From assembly GCA_963727625.1 (NCBI GenBank), contig CAVSHR010000006.1:32001-96000 (forward strand): DNA of 64,000 nt. The letters run 5' to 3'. Source of the stretch: an uncultured delta proteobacterium (GTDB lineage Bacteria > Desulfobacterota > Binatia > UBA9968). The notes below the pieces were generated by a model. That model was not told the origin of the DNA. It saw nothing but the letters and a program-made list of their open reading frames with translations, and searched no databases. Every line of letters starts with the position of its first letter. The first letter of the stretch is position 1. The translations under genes were made by a program, and so were the position numbers. Shown here one piece after another: positions 10,060 through 21,808 of the stretch.

Positions 10060-11004
10060 CTAGAACGGCGGCATGCCCGCAGCCGCGGCGGCGTTTTCAA
10101 TCGGCACCGCGAAGCCGATGCCGACGAAGACACGTTGCTCCGTCGGATTCAAAATAGCCGTTACGACGCCGATGACCTCGCCCTGGCTGTTCACCAGCGG
10201 ACCGCCCGAACTGCCGGGGTTCGCGGCGGCGTCGAACTGGATGAGATTGGTCAACACGCGCTTACCTTGCGGCGAGCGAAAGTCGCGGCGCAGGCCGGAC
10301 ACGACTCCCGCCGTCGCCGACGGGCCGATGCCGAACGGAAAGCCGACGGCGATAACTTGATCACCGGGCTTTAGATCGGCGGTGGAACGCATGGTCGCCG
10401 CGACCAGGTCATCGGGAATCTTGTGCGCCTGCAGCACCGCTAAATCATGCTCCGGCCGCACCCCGGTGACCGTCGCGTCGGATTCGAGGCCGTCAGCGAA
10501 GACAACTCGCACGCGTTTGGCGCCGAGGACGACATGGAGATTGGTCAAGATGATACCCTTGTCGACGATGACGACGCCGCTGCCGACGCCATTTTCGATC
10601 TCCTTGCCGCCGGCTTTGCCCGGTTCCAGGCGCCGCACCCGAACCACCGAAGGTCGAATGGCCTCGTACGCCTTGGCCGTCGGCGCGGGCAGAGCGTTGG
10701 TTTCGAGGGTGTGGAGTACTGCCGCGTTGATATCTTCCTGGGTGAGCTGGCGCGGCGCGGGCATGATCCAGGCGTGAGTCAACACGACGAGCAGCGCGAG
10801 TAGCACTGCGGCGCCGACCCAGAGCGCGCGGTCATAACGAGCGCAGAGGGTTCGCCAGCGCGAACGCAGTGGTTGACGCGGCACCTGCGCGGGATACGTG
10901 TTCTGGGCCTGACGGAACTCTGCTGTTTTCTGTGGCTGGCCGGCGGGGGCTGTCCCGCGGGGTGTAGACGAGCGGCTGGAGCTATAGAGCGGCGCCTTTT
11001 TCAT
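10060..11004 (-). CDS. Membrane-anchored trypsin-like serine protease (S1C, no PDZ domain)
   Basis: TM helix, GSGVV, LTNLHVV, DLAVL, NPGSSGGPL catalytic triad motifs. Confidence 0.9.
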   Translation of the reverse strand: MKKAPLYSSSRSSTPRGTAPAGQPQKTAEFRQAQNTYPAQVPRQPLRSRWRTLCARYDRALWVGAAVLLALLVVLTHAWIMPAPRQLTQEDINAAVLHTLETNALPAPTAKAYEAIRPSVVRVRRLEPGKAGGKEIENGVGSGVVIVDKGIILTNLHVVLGAKRVRVVFADGLESDATVTGVRPEHDLAVLQAHKIPDDLVAATMRSTADLKPGDQVIAVGFPFGIGPSATAGVVSGLRRDFRSPQGKRVLTNLIQFDAAANPGSSGGPLVNSQGEVIGVVTAILNPTEQRVFVGIGFAVPIENAAAAAGMPPF

Positions 11005-11526
11005 AGAAGGCCCATCCGGCTACCTCCCTTCGGCTCCCTGCCGAGGGAGGTCAAAATGATGATGTCTTCTTTCTATCCCACGTCCGGTCGAGTTGAAAGC
11101 CCCCTCAAGGCTAGGGTCGGGAACGTGGCTCGCTAGTGAAAAGCCTAAGCGAGGCACAAGGGTCATTCGTCCCGACTCTCTTTTCATTACCGGATCGTAA
11201 AATTTCGACTGCGATTGCGATCAATCGATTAGTCGGTGAAACCGCTTAGCGCCGGTAAAAATCTCCAGCGGGTGTCGAAGAGAAAAGGCACGAATCCGAG
11301 CGGCAGGCAAAAAACGCCTGGGCTGGCGTGACTCTATCAACGGCGCTGTCTTGTCTTTTTCTAGCGCAAAGGCGAAATCCATAACAAAGAAATGTTCGAT
11401 GCTGACAGCCCGCGCATCGAACATAGCTTCGACCGCTTCCGACCTGGTCAAAAGACCGCGGTGGTCGTCTGGGTGCGTCAAGATCCCTTTTGTTTGCCGT
11501 CCTGAATCGCTGATCGCAGCGCGTCT

Positions 11527-11808
11527 CTATCTGGGAATTTTGATCACCACGTCGCCGTGGATGCACGCCACGCAGGCGAGACGCTCATCCGAACCGGCTT
11601 TCATCATGTCCAACGTCAGTTCTTCGTTGTCGCTCTTCTCGCTCAGGTTCTGGCAGCCGTCGACGATCTTGACCCGGTCGGTGCCGCAAATCGCTTCAGT
11701 GCAATCATGGCGCAACTTCAAACCGTTGCGGACTGCGGCCACGAGAATGGTGGCGCCATCGTCGACTTCAAAACTAGCGCCGGAAGGCATGAAAGTAATT
11801 TTCGGCAT
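11527..11808 (-). CDS. 2Fe-2S ferredoxin with atypical C-x4-C-x2-D motif
   Basis: G.TIL.AA...G...HDCTEAICGTD...RLAC ferredoxin pattern. Confidence 0.85.
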   Translation of the reverse strand: MPKITFMPSGASFEVDDGATILVAAVRNGLKLRHDCTEAICGTDRVKIVDGCQNLSEKSDNEELTLDMMKAGSDERLACVACIHGDVVIKIPR

Positions 11809-11814
11809 ACAAGA

Positions 11815-12702
11815 CTACGCGGCCAGGCTTTTGATCCGATCGATGGCCTCATCGACCATCCACTCGGGAGTCTCGTTGGCGCCGATGACGGCAACTTTTT
11901 CTTTGCCGAGGAACCACCCGGGACGCAGATCGTCGAGTTTCTCGATCTTGTAGACGTTGGGATTAAATGCGCGGCCGACTTCGAGCATGCGGGTCGTCAT
12001 CCCTTCAGTCCAGCCGAACACGATCAGCACTTCGACCTGCTTGGCGAGCTTCTCCACTTCCGGAAGCCGCTGCAAGGAATCGATACATGCCGTGTTGCGC
12101 ACCCTCACGTTGGCGAAGCGCTCGAGAAGCCGCGCCATGATTTTTTTGTAGGTTTCGATCCAAAACGTGGTCTGGACGATCACCCCGATCGGTTCGAAAC
12201 GTGTGCGCCGAATCTTGTCCACATCGTCTTCGGTTTCGACGATGAAAACCTCGCGGCCTTTTTCCTTGGCGATCCCCTGAATGCGCGGAATGCCGTGGTG
12301 CGTCGGGCTGCTTAGCACCACCAGGTCGTAGCCTTGATCCAACAGTTCAAGCTCGGCTTCCTCCTGCTGAAGGACGAACGGGCAGGTGGCGTCGGCCAAA
12401 AGCTCAAGCCCTTGCGCGCGCGCCTGCCGGCGAATTTGCGGCGGCGCCCCGCGCACCCCGTAGATGAGCTTCTCGCCGCGAATCGACTCCATGTCGTTGG
12501 TCGAGCGAATGCCTTTTTCGCCAAGACCGTCTTTTTTGAAGGCCACGAAGTCGAGATCCGGTCTGAGCGACCAGACCGCCAAGCCGTCGCCGTACCGCTG
12601 TACCATCTTTTGATGAATCGCGCCGGCCCGGTGCACGCCGACGCACAAGCCGCTCGCCGGGATGCCCTTGGTCTCGCTAAAGTCGCCCTTGATCACTTCC
12701 AT
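11815..12702 (-). CDS. Divergent IspH/LytB-fold iron-sulfur protein
   Basis: GLCVGVHRA, DATCPFV, QTT, NTAC and TPEW align with IspH, but the substrate-binding motifs are altered. Confidence 0.85.
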   Translation of the reverse strand: MEVIKGDFSETKGIPASGLCVGVHRAGAIHQKMVQRYGDGLAVWSLRPDLDFVAFKKDGLGEKGIRSTNDMESIRGEKLIYGVRGAPPQIRRQARAQGLELLADATCPFVLQQEEAELELLDQGYDLVVLSSPTHHGIPRIQGIAKEKGREVFIVETEDDVDKIRRTRFEPIGVIVQTTFWIETYKKIMARLLERFANVRVRNTACIDSLQRLPEVEKLAKQVEVLIVFGWTEGMTTRMLEVGRAFNPNVYKIEKLDDLRPGWFLGKEKVAVIGANETPEWMVDEAIDRIKSLAA

Positions 12703-12975
12703 ATTCCCCCCTTTTAAGCGAAACGATTCGACTGAAACGGTGGAAACATTTTCAGACCACGCTTACTGCCGACCGGTGCCTATGTCAAATTTACTTAAAG
12801 GAACGCCGCTGACCCCTTTCGGTGCCGTCACGATGCCGCTGCTGCGCCCGTACCAGCGCTGTTTTTATCACTTGACGCCAATCGTGAAGCGATCCTATCT
12901 TTCGTGTACACTCGATAGGATTTGCGCAATGCGGTTTTATAACGTTTTTTTCGACCCGCCAAACAAGGAGGCATT

Positions 12976-13437
12976 ATGGCCAAGCTAAGACATATCGCCG
13001 TGCATACGCCCGACCCAGAGAAGACCGCGAAGTTTTACAAGCGCGTGTTCGACCTGGTCGAAGTGGGACGCACCGATTCGCCCATCGCCAAGGGAATCTA
13101 TTTGAGCGACGGCACGATCAACTTGGCTGTGCTGCGCTTTAAGACGGTCGAGGCTGCCGACCGGCAAGACGGACTCGGACCGGTGTTCGGCTTGCACCAC
13201 TTCGGTTTTTGGGTCGACGATATGGAAGAGACGCGGCGCCGCCTGGAAGAGTCGGGCGCGGACTATCGCTTCGGTCGCCCCGAGGCGGCCACGACGACTT
13301 TCTTCGAGGAGAAATACAAGGGACCCGACGCGGTCATGATCGATATCACGACCCATGGCTGGATCGGCGCGCAAGCGCCGGCGAAAGACGCCGAGAAAGC
13401 GAGCGAGACTGAAACACCCGCGGTCTCTGCAAAATAG
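12976..13437 (+). CDS. VOC / glyoxalase family protein
   Basis: LRHIAV..PDPEKTAKFYKRVF, GLHHFGFWVDD, GPDAVMIDI. AGGAGG RBS. Confidence 0.9.
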   Translation: MAKLRHIAVHTPDPEKTAKFYKRVFDLVEVGRTDSPIAKGIYLSDGTINLAVLRFKTVEAADRQDGLGPVFGLHHFGFWVDDMEETRRRLEESGADYRFGRPEAATTTFFEEKYKGPDAVMIDITTHGWIGAQAPAKDAEKASETETPAVSAK

Positions 13438-13710
13438 AGAATTTTGCGGTGCGCACCGGAAGGTCGCAAGCTTAGACGATGGGCGCGCAAACTCAGCTTC
13501 GGTGATTGCGCCTTTCTATTGGTTGGCGAAACAGCCCAGACCCTTTTCAGGCTCCCGTTTGGGTTCGTTCGCCGCAGCGAAAGAAATCATGGTGTAATCG
13601 CCGGGCGGTGATCAAACGGAGCAAGAAGCTATTGGAGAAATGATCGAGTCGCACGGGGTCCCGGAAACGGCCAACCAAAGCAGCCGCGACTTAGCGGGCG
13701 GGGGGCGCTT

Positions 13711-13929
13711 TTACTGGTCCGGCGCCGGCATGCAAATCCACAAAATAATGTAGATCACCAGGCCGGTGCCGTAGAGAAGTACCAGAATAAGAAACAGCGC
13801 GCGCCAGAGCCAGGCCGGCACCGGCGTGTGCTCGCCGAAGCCGCCACAGACGCCGGCGATTTTTTTATCCGCCGCCGACTTTTTTAAATTGCGCAGACCC
13901 TGCCAAAAATCGCTTTGATTATTTTCCAT
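13711..13929 (-). CDS. PspC domain protein
   Basis: LKKS..DKKIAGVCGGFGE...W.WR.LF...G.GLVIYIILWICMP. Confidence 0.9.
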   Translation of the reverse strand: MENNQSDFWQGLRNLKKSAADKKIAGVCGGFGEHTPVPAWLWRALFLILVLLYGTGLVIYIILWICMPAPDQ

Positions 13930-14256
13930 GATATTTCCTCGACCGCGCGCCGGATCGATTGCGTTTGAACAACTAAACAGTGAGTTGGAAATTTGCTCGA
14001 TGCCGGAACCGCTACTGTTTTCCTATTAGCTTGACGAAAAAGTAACTCTAAAGCCAGAGCGCGGCGGTGATTCATTTGTGATGAAGCCGCGAAATTCCCT
14101 GAGATCTGGGGCGTCGTGATCGGGTGTCTTTTCGCTTGACGGCGGGGGTCGCGCTGTCTAGTTTAGCTGAAATACGTTTGGATTATTGCCGCCTGGTAGA
14201 GCTCAACGCGGCCGTGCGATTCGGCTAAGATTACCGAATGAGTGAAAGGAGAGCCC

Positions 14257-14832
14257 ATGGCACTTTTACCGATCGGCGCAAAATTTCCCGAGATCGAGTT
14301 GAAAGATATCGATGGAGATTCGATCGCCTTTCCGGCGGCGTTCAAGAGCGCGCCGGCCTCGATCGTGTTTTTCTACCGCGGCCAGTGGTGACCATGGTGC
14401 CGGGCCCAGGTTGCGGCCTTTGTCTATGAGTACGGAAGGTATCAAGAGCACAGCGTGGCGATCGTCGGCATCAGTCCGCAAACGGCGGAGAACGGCCGGC
14501 AACTGCGCGAGCGGCTAATTCGCGACGCGCAAATCGATCAGGCGGCGCACAAGAATCACGACGCCTTCTGGCAAGACCCCAAGAGCGCGTTTCCGTTTCG
14601 CTTGATCGGCGATCCGGAAAATTCTCTGGGCCGACGGGTCGGTGCGGTACGCGAAGAACACTGGGCCGGGCCCATGGTCCATCCGACGACTTTTTTGGTT
14701 GACGCCGACGGCTTTGTCCGCTGGCGCTTCCAGTCGAAGATGGCGCAACGGCGGCCGAGCCCGATACTGCTCGCCAACATGGCGGGCGCGCTGGCGAAAA
14801 AGCTGCCTCTGCCGGTTTATATTGAAGTTTGA
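14257..14832 (+). CDS. AhpC/TSA (peroxiredoxin-like) selenoprotein with UxxC motif
   Basis: AAAGGAG RBS, ATG at 14257, frame reads ...VFFYRGQW-TGA(14389)-PWCRAQ and continues in frame into the 14455-14832 ORF (VGISP, LIGDP, PTTFLVD..G.VRW). Confidence 0.88.
14392..14425 (+). promoter_or_regulatory. Candidate bacterial SECIS hairpin
   Basis: GGCCCA-GGT-TGCGGCC stem-loop starting about 11 nt after the in-frame UGA. Folded by eye. Confidence 0.5.
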
Positions 14833-14920
14833 TGACGCGATGCGATTCGACTGATCGCACTCCTTAGATCCCCCAAAAAATTTTAGCGCGCGGGAACAGG
14901 AAGCAGGAGCAAATTACACC

Positions 14921-15787
14921 ATGAGTAAAGTCGTCGTGACCGGTGGCAGCGGACGGTTGGGGCAATTCGTTATTCGCGAGCTGCTGGCCCATGGCAATGA
15001 GGTTTTGAGCCTCGACAAAGTTTCGCCCAGGGAAAAGTTATGTCCGAGTTGGATCGCCGATTTGCGCCACTCGGGAGATCTCTTCGAGGCTTTGAAAGAC
15101 GCTTTCGGAATCATTCATTTAGGCGCCTATCAAGCGCCCAATCTCGCGCCGGAGGCCGAGACGCTTTCCAATAACGTGAGCGCGACCTACAACGTTTTGC
15201 GCGCCGCCGCCGATATGGGAGTGAATAAAGTCGTGCTGGCGTCGAGCACGGCGGCCTTCGGCTTCATCTATGCGAAAAAACTTTGGGCGCCGGATTATCT
15301 GCCGCTCGACGAACGCCATCCCTCCAAGCCGCAGGACTGCTACGGCCTATCCAAAATACTGGGCGAGCGAATCGCCGATTCCATCGTCGCGGTCCACAAG
15401 GGTATGACCGTCAGCAGCCTGCGTTTTCCCGGCGTCAACTTCGATCTCTCCTATGAAAGCTTTCGCGAGCGCTGGCGCAACCCGGCGGCGCGGGCCAGCG
15501 GCTTTTGGACTTACATCGATGCGCGCGACGCGGCGACGGCTTGCCGCCTCGCGCTGGAGGCGAGATTCAGAGGCCACGAAATCTTCATCGCGTCGGCGCC
15601 TAAGAACTGCATGATTCAGGCGACATTGGAGCTGGTAAATAAATATCTGCCCCAGGGCGCCAAAGTTAAAAAATTTTCCGGCACGCAATGGAGCTGTGTC
15701 GATTCGAGCAAAGCGCGGCGCATGCTCGGGTTCAAGCCCGAGCATCTCTGGCAGAACTACCTCAAAGAAGGGCGCAAGATCCGCTGA
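14921..15787 (+). CDS. NAD-dependent epimerase/dehydratase (extended SDR)
   Basis: TGGSGRLG, ASS and YGLSK motifs. Confidence 0.9.
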   Translation: MSKVVVTGGSGRLGQFVIRELLAHGNEVLSLDKVSPREKLCPSWIADLRHSGDLFEALKDAFGIIHLGAYQAPNLAPEAETLSNNVSATYNVLRAAADMGVNKVVLASSTAAFGFIYAKKLWAPDYLPLDERHPSKPQDCYGLSKILGERIADSIVAVHKGMTVSSLRFPGVNFDLSYESFRERWRNPAARASGFWTYIDARDAATACRLALEARFRGHEIFIASAPKNCMIQATLELVNKYLPQGAKVKKFSGTQWSCVDSSKARRMLGFKPEHLWQNYLKEGRKIR

Positions 15788-15958
15788 TGCGACTCTGTCA
15801 GCGCGCTACGCCGGGATCTATTGCTTAAAGGAAAGAGCGATCGGGTCATCGGCTGGCAGGTCGGCGCGCCATCCGCGCCGAAAGGGCGCTGAGCAGCATT
15901 AGCGCCACTCGGCAAACGTCGATCGCGCCCTTGGCTGGCATAGGAAATTAGTTCGCTT

Positions 15959-16462
15959 CTACCAGTTAATTCCCTTCGGCGATTTCGCTCTGGCTTTTTT
16001 CGGGTTCGATTTCGCCGCGTGTTTTTGACAATCGGCGCACAGCCCTTCGAGGTGGATCGAATAATCTATGACCTCGAAGCCGATGCCGCCCAAACTCGGC
16101 AAAGCGATCTTGCTCAGGCTCGGATGATCGATATCCGCGACGCGGTTGCAGCTCCGGCAGACCAGGTGGTGGTGATGATCGGTGTTACCGTCGAACCTGG
16201 CCGAGGCCTCGAAGTGGTTGGTTCGGCGCGCCAATCCTAAATCGACCAGTGTCTCAAGAGCGCGATAGATCGTCGTGCGCGACACACCCGGCATGCGTTC
16301 TTTGACGTCCTCGTAAAGCTGGTCTACCGTCGGATGATCTTCGCGGCTGAGCAGCGCGTCGAGCACGACCCGTCTCTGCACGGTCACCGGCAGGCTGCGC
16401 TCGTGCGAGATCGCTTCGAGAAGCGCTAGTTTTCTTTGCTTTAAGTTTCGAGAGGTTTTCAC
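15959..16462 (-). CDS. Fur/PerR family transcriptional regulator
   Basis: TVQR, HPTVDQLY, SRTTIYRAL, HHHHLVCRSC and GLCADC; downstream of katG. Confidence 0.92.
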   Translation of the reverse strand: MKTSRNLKQRKLALLEAISHERSLPVTVQRRVVLDALLSREDHPTVDQLYEDVKERMPGVSRTTIYRALETLVDLGLARRTNHFEASARFDGNTDHHHHLVCRSCNRVADIDHPSLSKIALPSLGGIGFEVIDYSIHLEGLCADCQKHAAKSNPKKARAKSPKGINW

Positions 16463-16480
16463 CCGGTCATTTTTCCTTGT

Positions 16481-16512
16481 GCGCGGGACGCGATTGAAGC
16501 CGCGTCCCGCGC
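16481..16512. terminator. GC-rich hairpin between katG and fur
   Basis: GCGCGGGACGCG-attgaagc-CGCGTCCCGCGC, 12-bp perfect stem; no U-tract on the coding (minus) strand. Confidence 0.45.
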
Positions 16513-16648
16513 TTCCAGGGATACTACTACGACACCTTTAAAATCGGCAAACCCAAGCCCTTGGCCACTTAACTTGTGGGGATTCCATCGCATCCTGATC
16601 ATCTATGCAGTTCAGAATACGCTTCGGAACCCCTCGCGGACGTTGTCG

Positions 16649-18866
<2,218 letters not shown>

Positions 18867-19110
18867 TTACTGCGTTGCTTTAGTTACCTATAATGCGTCG
18901 GTTCCCATCTTCGCAATTATCTTCATAAGATTTAAGTTAATGGCCCACATAATCGCCATCGCTCACATCAGTCATTAAACTATCAAGCACCGACGAGCTA
19001 TGACTCGATGTTGGCGCCGCCCCATTAACTGTCCGTGAAATCCGTAACAGCTCGCTTCTTGCTTTCTTGCCATCCGGATCTCTTTTTGGGTTTAGCGTGC
19101 TTAAGTTGAG

Positions 19111-19485
19111 TTAGGCCGCGGAACGTTTAACCGCGCTGCGGTCGGATGTTTCTTGGCGCAATCCCCGGCGCAGATAGTTGGGATCCAGACCGAGGAAGTC
19201 GCAGACATTGAGAAAAGAAAAAATCCACTGGCGATCGTCTTCAAAGACCCATTCCTCCGTTTCCCGGTAGAGGCGCCGTTCTTTCTCGGAGCGCGCCTTG
19301 CGATACTTTCGCAGGCACATCACTGCGTCCTCGAGCACCGCGAGCGCCAATTCAGCCTCCGGATCGAAAGGTGCCCGGCGCTTGAGGCCGTCGAAATACT
19401 GCGCCGCTGCGACGGCATCCGGTTGCGACAGGACGCGAATGTCGGCGCCGGTGCCCAGGCCGAAATCTTTGTTGGCAGCTTCCAT
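19111..19485 (-). CDS. Hypothetical protein
   Basis: GGAGGAG RBS; compact helical-looking sequence PEAELALAVLEDA...FSFLNVCDFLGLDPNYLRRGL. Confidence 0.75.
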   Translation of the reverse strand: MEAANKDFGLGTGADIRVLSQPDAVAAAQYFDGLKRRAPFDPEAELALAVLEDAVMCLRKYRKARSEKERRLYRETEEWVFEDDRQWIFSFLNVCDFLGLDPNYLRRGLRQETSDRSAVKRSAA

Positions 19486-19660
19486 AGGGTGCTCCTCCGA
19501 TCCGGTTTTATTTTACAATTGATAAATTATTGCAACTAATAACTATTGTCAAGACAGCTCGTCTGTTTTCGTTCTGCACAAGCGTGGCCGTCGATTGACA
19601 GCCGCGCCCGCGCTCCATTACTGTGAAGCCATTCTTTGCCGCGGAAGGGAGAACCGTTCG

Positions 19661-20761
19661 ATGGAGCGAGAAAAAAATAATCTCGTGATCGATGCCGACG
19701 CCCACGTCGTCGAGTGCGCGCGCACCTGGGAGTTCATGGACCCTTCGGAGGAGAAGTACCGGCCTATGCCGCTCGAGACCCGCGAGGAAGCCGGCGTTAG
19801 ACTGCAATTTTGGGTCATCGACGGCAAAGTGCGGGGATTTCGCTTCCCGGCGTTTTCCGCCGAGGAGCTGGACAAGCTCGCCCGTCAAGTCGGACGCAAG
19901 TTTGCCCACGCCCAGGAAGCGCGCGAGCTCGGCAACGTCGATTTGCGCCTGGAGCACATGGATGAAACCGAGGTGGATATTCAGGTGCTGCACAACACCA
20001 TGTTCATCGAGTCGGCCACCGACCGCGCCGCGGTCGAAGTGGCTTTGTACAAAAGCTGGAACTGCTGGCTGGCCGATATCTGGAACCAGGCAAAAGGCCG
20101 CTTGCGCTGGTCGTGCATGGCACCGACCCTCAGCATGCCGGATGCGCTCGATCAGATTCGCTGGTCGAAAGAGCATGGCGCCTGCGCGGTCCTGCTCCGT
20201 CCCATCGAGGGACAGCGTTTGCTCGCCGATCCCTATTTCTATCCGATTTATGATCAGGCGCAGTCACTCGACATGCCGATCGCCATCCACATCGCCAACG
20301 GCAACTCGTGGCTCAACGATTTATACAGCCATCCGGTGCGCATCGCATCGACCTTCCATCGCTTTAGAATTCCCACGGTCGGAGCTTTCAACGACATCAT
20401 CATGAGCGAGATCCATGAAGTGTTTCCCAGGCTTCGTTTCGGCTTTATCGAGGCCAGCGCTCAGTGGCTTCCCTGGGTGATGCATGAAGCGAAAAATCGT
20501 TTCAAAACGCTGGGCCGCAAATGGCCAGAACACGCGATCCACGAGTTCGGCATGTATGTCACTTGTGAGAATTCCGACGACATTCCCTACATAGCGCGCG
20601 AAGCCGGCGAAGACTGCCTGGTGATCGGCACCGACTACGGCCATACCGATACGTCGAGCGACGTGGACGCGATCAAAGTCTTCCGAAGCCGAACCGACAT
20701 GGAGCCGGCGCTGAAAAGAAAAATTTTGAGCGATAACGCCCGGGCGCTCTACGCGCTCTAA
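19661..20761 (+). CDS. Amidohydrolase_2 family protein
   Basis: IDADAHVVE, IAIH, FGFIEA, IGTDYGHTD, ILSDNARALY. Confidence 0.92.
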   Translation: MEREKNNLVIDADAHVVECARTWEFMDPSEEKYRPMPLETREEAGVRLQFWVIDGKVRGFRFPAFSAEELDKLARQVGRKFAHAQEARELGNVDLRLEHMDETEVDIQVLHNTMFIESATDRAAVEVALYKSWNCWLADIWNQAKGRLRWSCMAPTLSMPDALDQIRWSKEHGACAVLLRPIEGQRLLADPYFYPIYDQAQSLDMPIAIHIANGNSWLNDLYSHPVRIASTFHRFRIPTVGAFNDIIMSEIHEVFPRLRFGFIEASAQWLPWVMHEAKNRFKTLGRKWPEHAIHEFGMYVTCENSDDIPYIAREAGEDCLVIGTDYGHTDTSSDVDAIKVFRSRTDMEPALKRKILSDNARALYAL

Positions 20762-20794
20762 GCCGGTTGCGCTTTCCCAAGAAACAACTCGATC

Positions 20795-21808
20795 ATGCGC
20801 TTTTACATCAACATACTGACGACCTATTTCCCGGATAGCGATCCGCCCTACGACGTCTACTACCGGCAAATCCTTGAACAGATCGAGCTCGCCGAGGCAT
20901 TGGGTTGGGAATGTTTCATGTTCAATGAGCATCACTTTCTCGGCTACGGCGGGTTGGTGGCCAATCCTGCCGTCTTGCTCGCCGCCGCTGCGGCGCGCAC
21001 GTCGAAAATTCGTTTAGGACCTTGCATTGCCATCCTACCGCTGCGCCATCCGCTCCACAGTGCCGAAGATTATGCCATGGTAGATGCGATCTCCGGCGGG
21101 CGGCTCGAGTTCGGCATCGGTTCGGGCAACACCGAGATGGATTATAAAGTGTTTGGCGTCACCCGGGAAAACGACCGGCAGCGGTTGCGCGAGGCGATCG
21201 ACGTCATCTTAAAAGTCTGGGGCCGCGAACGGGCAAGCCACAAGGGAGAATTCTGGTCTTTCGATGAGCTCACGCTTTACCCCCGACCGATCCAGCAGCC
21301 GCATCCGCCGATTTGGGTCGCCGGCACTTCTGCGGAGGGTCTAGGCTGGGCGGGACGCCAAGGTTATCACATTATGACCGTCGGCCACCCGCATCCGCCG
21401 GAAAAAGTTCGCCCCGGCGTGGAGGCGTGGAAGCAAGGCCTGATCGACGCCGGTTTCGACCCGCAGGAAAAGCACTGCCAATTTCACGTGCGCACGCACG
21501 TGAACGACAGCGCTGCGCGGGCGGGCTCGATCGCCACGGCCGCGATCAAACGCTACGACGACATCTCCCGCATCGGCCGCCGCTCGCTCACCGCTGCGCC
21601 GGCGGAGTACGATTGGGATTTGATGCTCGCCACCGGCCGGAATAATTACGGTAATCCGGAACAGTGCATAAACCAGATCCACAACGCGATGCGGAACTAC
21701 TATTTCGACACGCTGACCACCACCTTCAACTTTGGCGGCATCCCCCATGGCGAGATCCTCAAGTCCATGCGCCTCTTCGGCAAAGAAGTGATGCCCGCGT
21801 TTCGCTAA
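20795..21808 (+). CDS. LLM-class flavin-dependent oxidoreductase
   Basis: NEHHF, RTSKIRLG, GRLEFGIGSG, PIQQPHPPIWVA, EVMPAF. Confidence 0.93.
   Translation: MRFYINILTTYFPDSDPPYDVYYRQILEQIELAEALGWECFMFNEHHFLGYGGLVANPAVLLAAAAARTSKIRLGPCIAILPLRHPLHSAEDYAMVDAISGGRLEFGIGSGNTEMDYKVFGVTRENDRQRLREAIDVILKVWGRERASHKGEFWSFDELTLYPRPIQQPHPPIWVAGTSAEGLGWAGRQGYHIMTVGHPHPPEKVRPGVEAWKQGLIDAGFDPQEKHCQFHVRTHVNDSAARAGSIATAAIKRYDDISRIGRRSLTAAPAEYDWDLMLATGRNNYGNPEQCINQIHNAMRNYYFDTLTTTFNFGGIPHGEILKSMRLFGKEVMPAFR

Noticed and set aside
11815-12702. Assigning the symbol ispH
   Set aside because: The catalytic Glu and diphosphate-binding motifs are missing, so canonical function is unsupported.
14389-14391. TGA as a nonsense mutation or sequencing error
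   Set aside because: It falls exactly on the redox Cys position with an intact frame on both sides, so Sec is more likely.
18900-18990. OxyR or Fur/PerR box upstream of katG
   Set aside because: AT-rich but only a weak match by eye; cannot be supported without a PWM.
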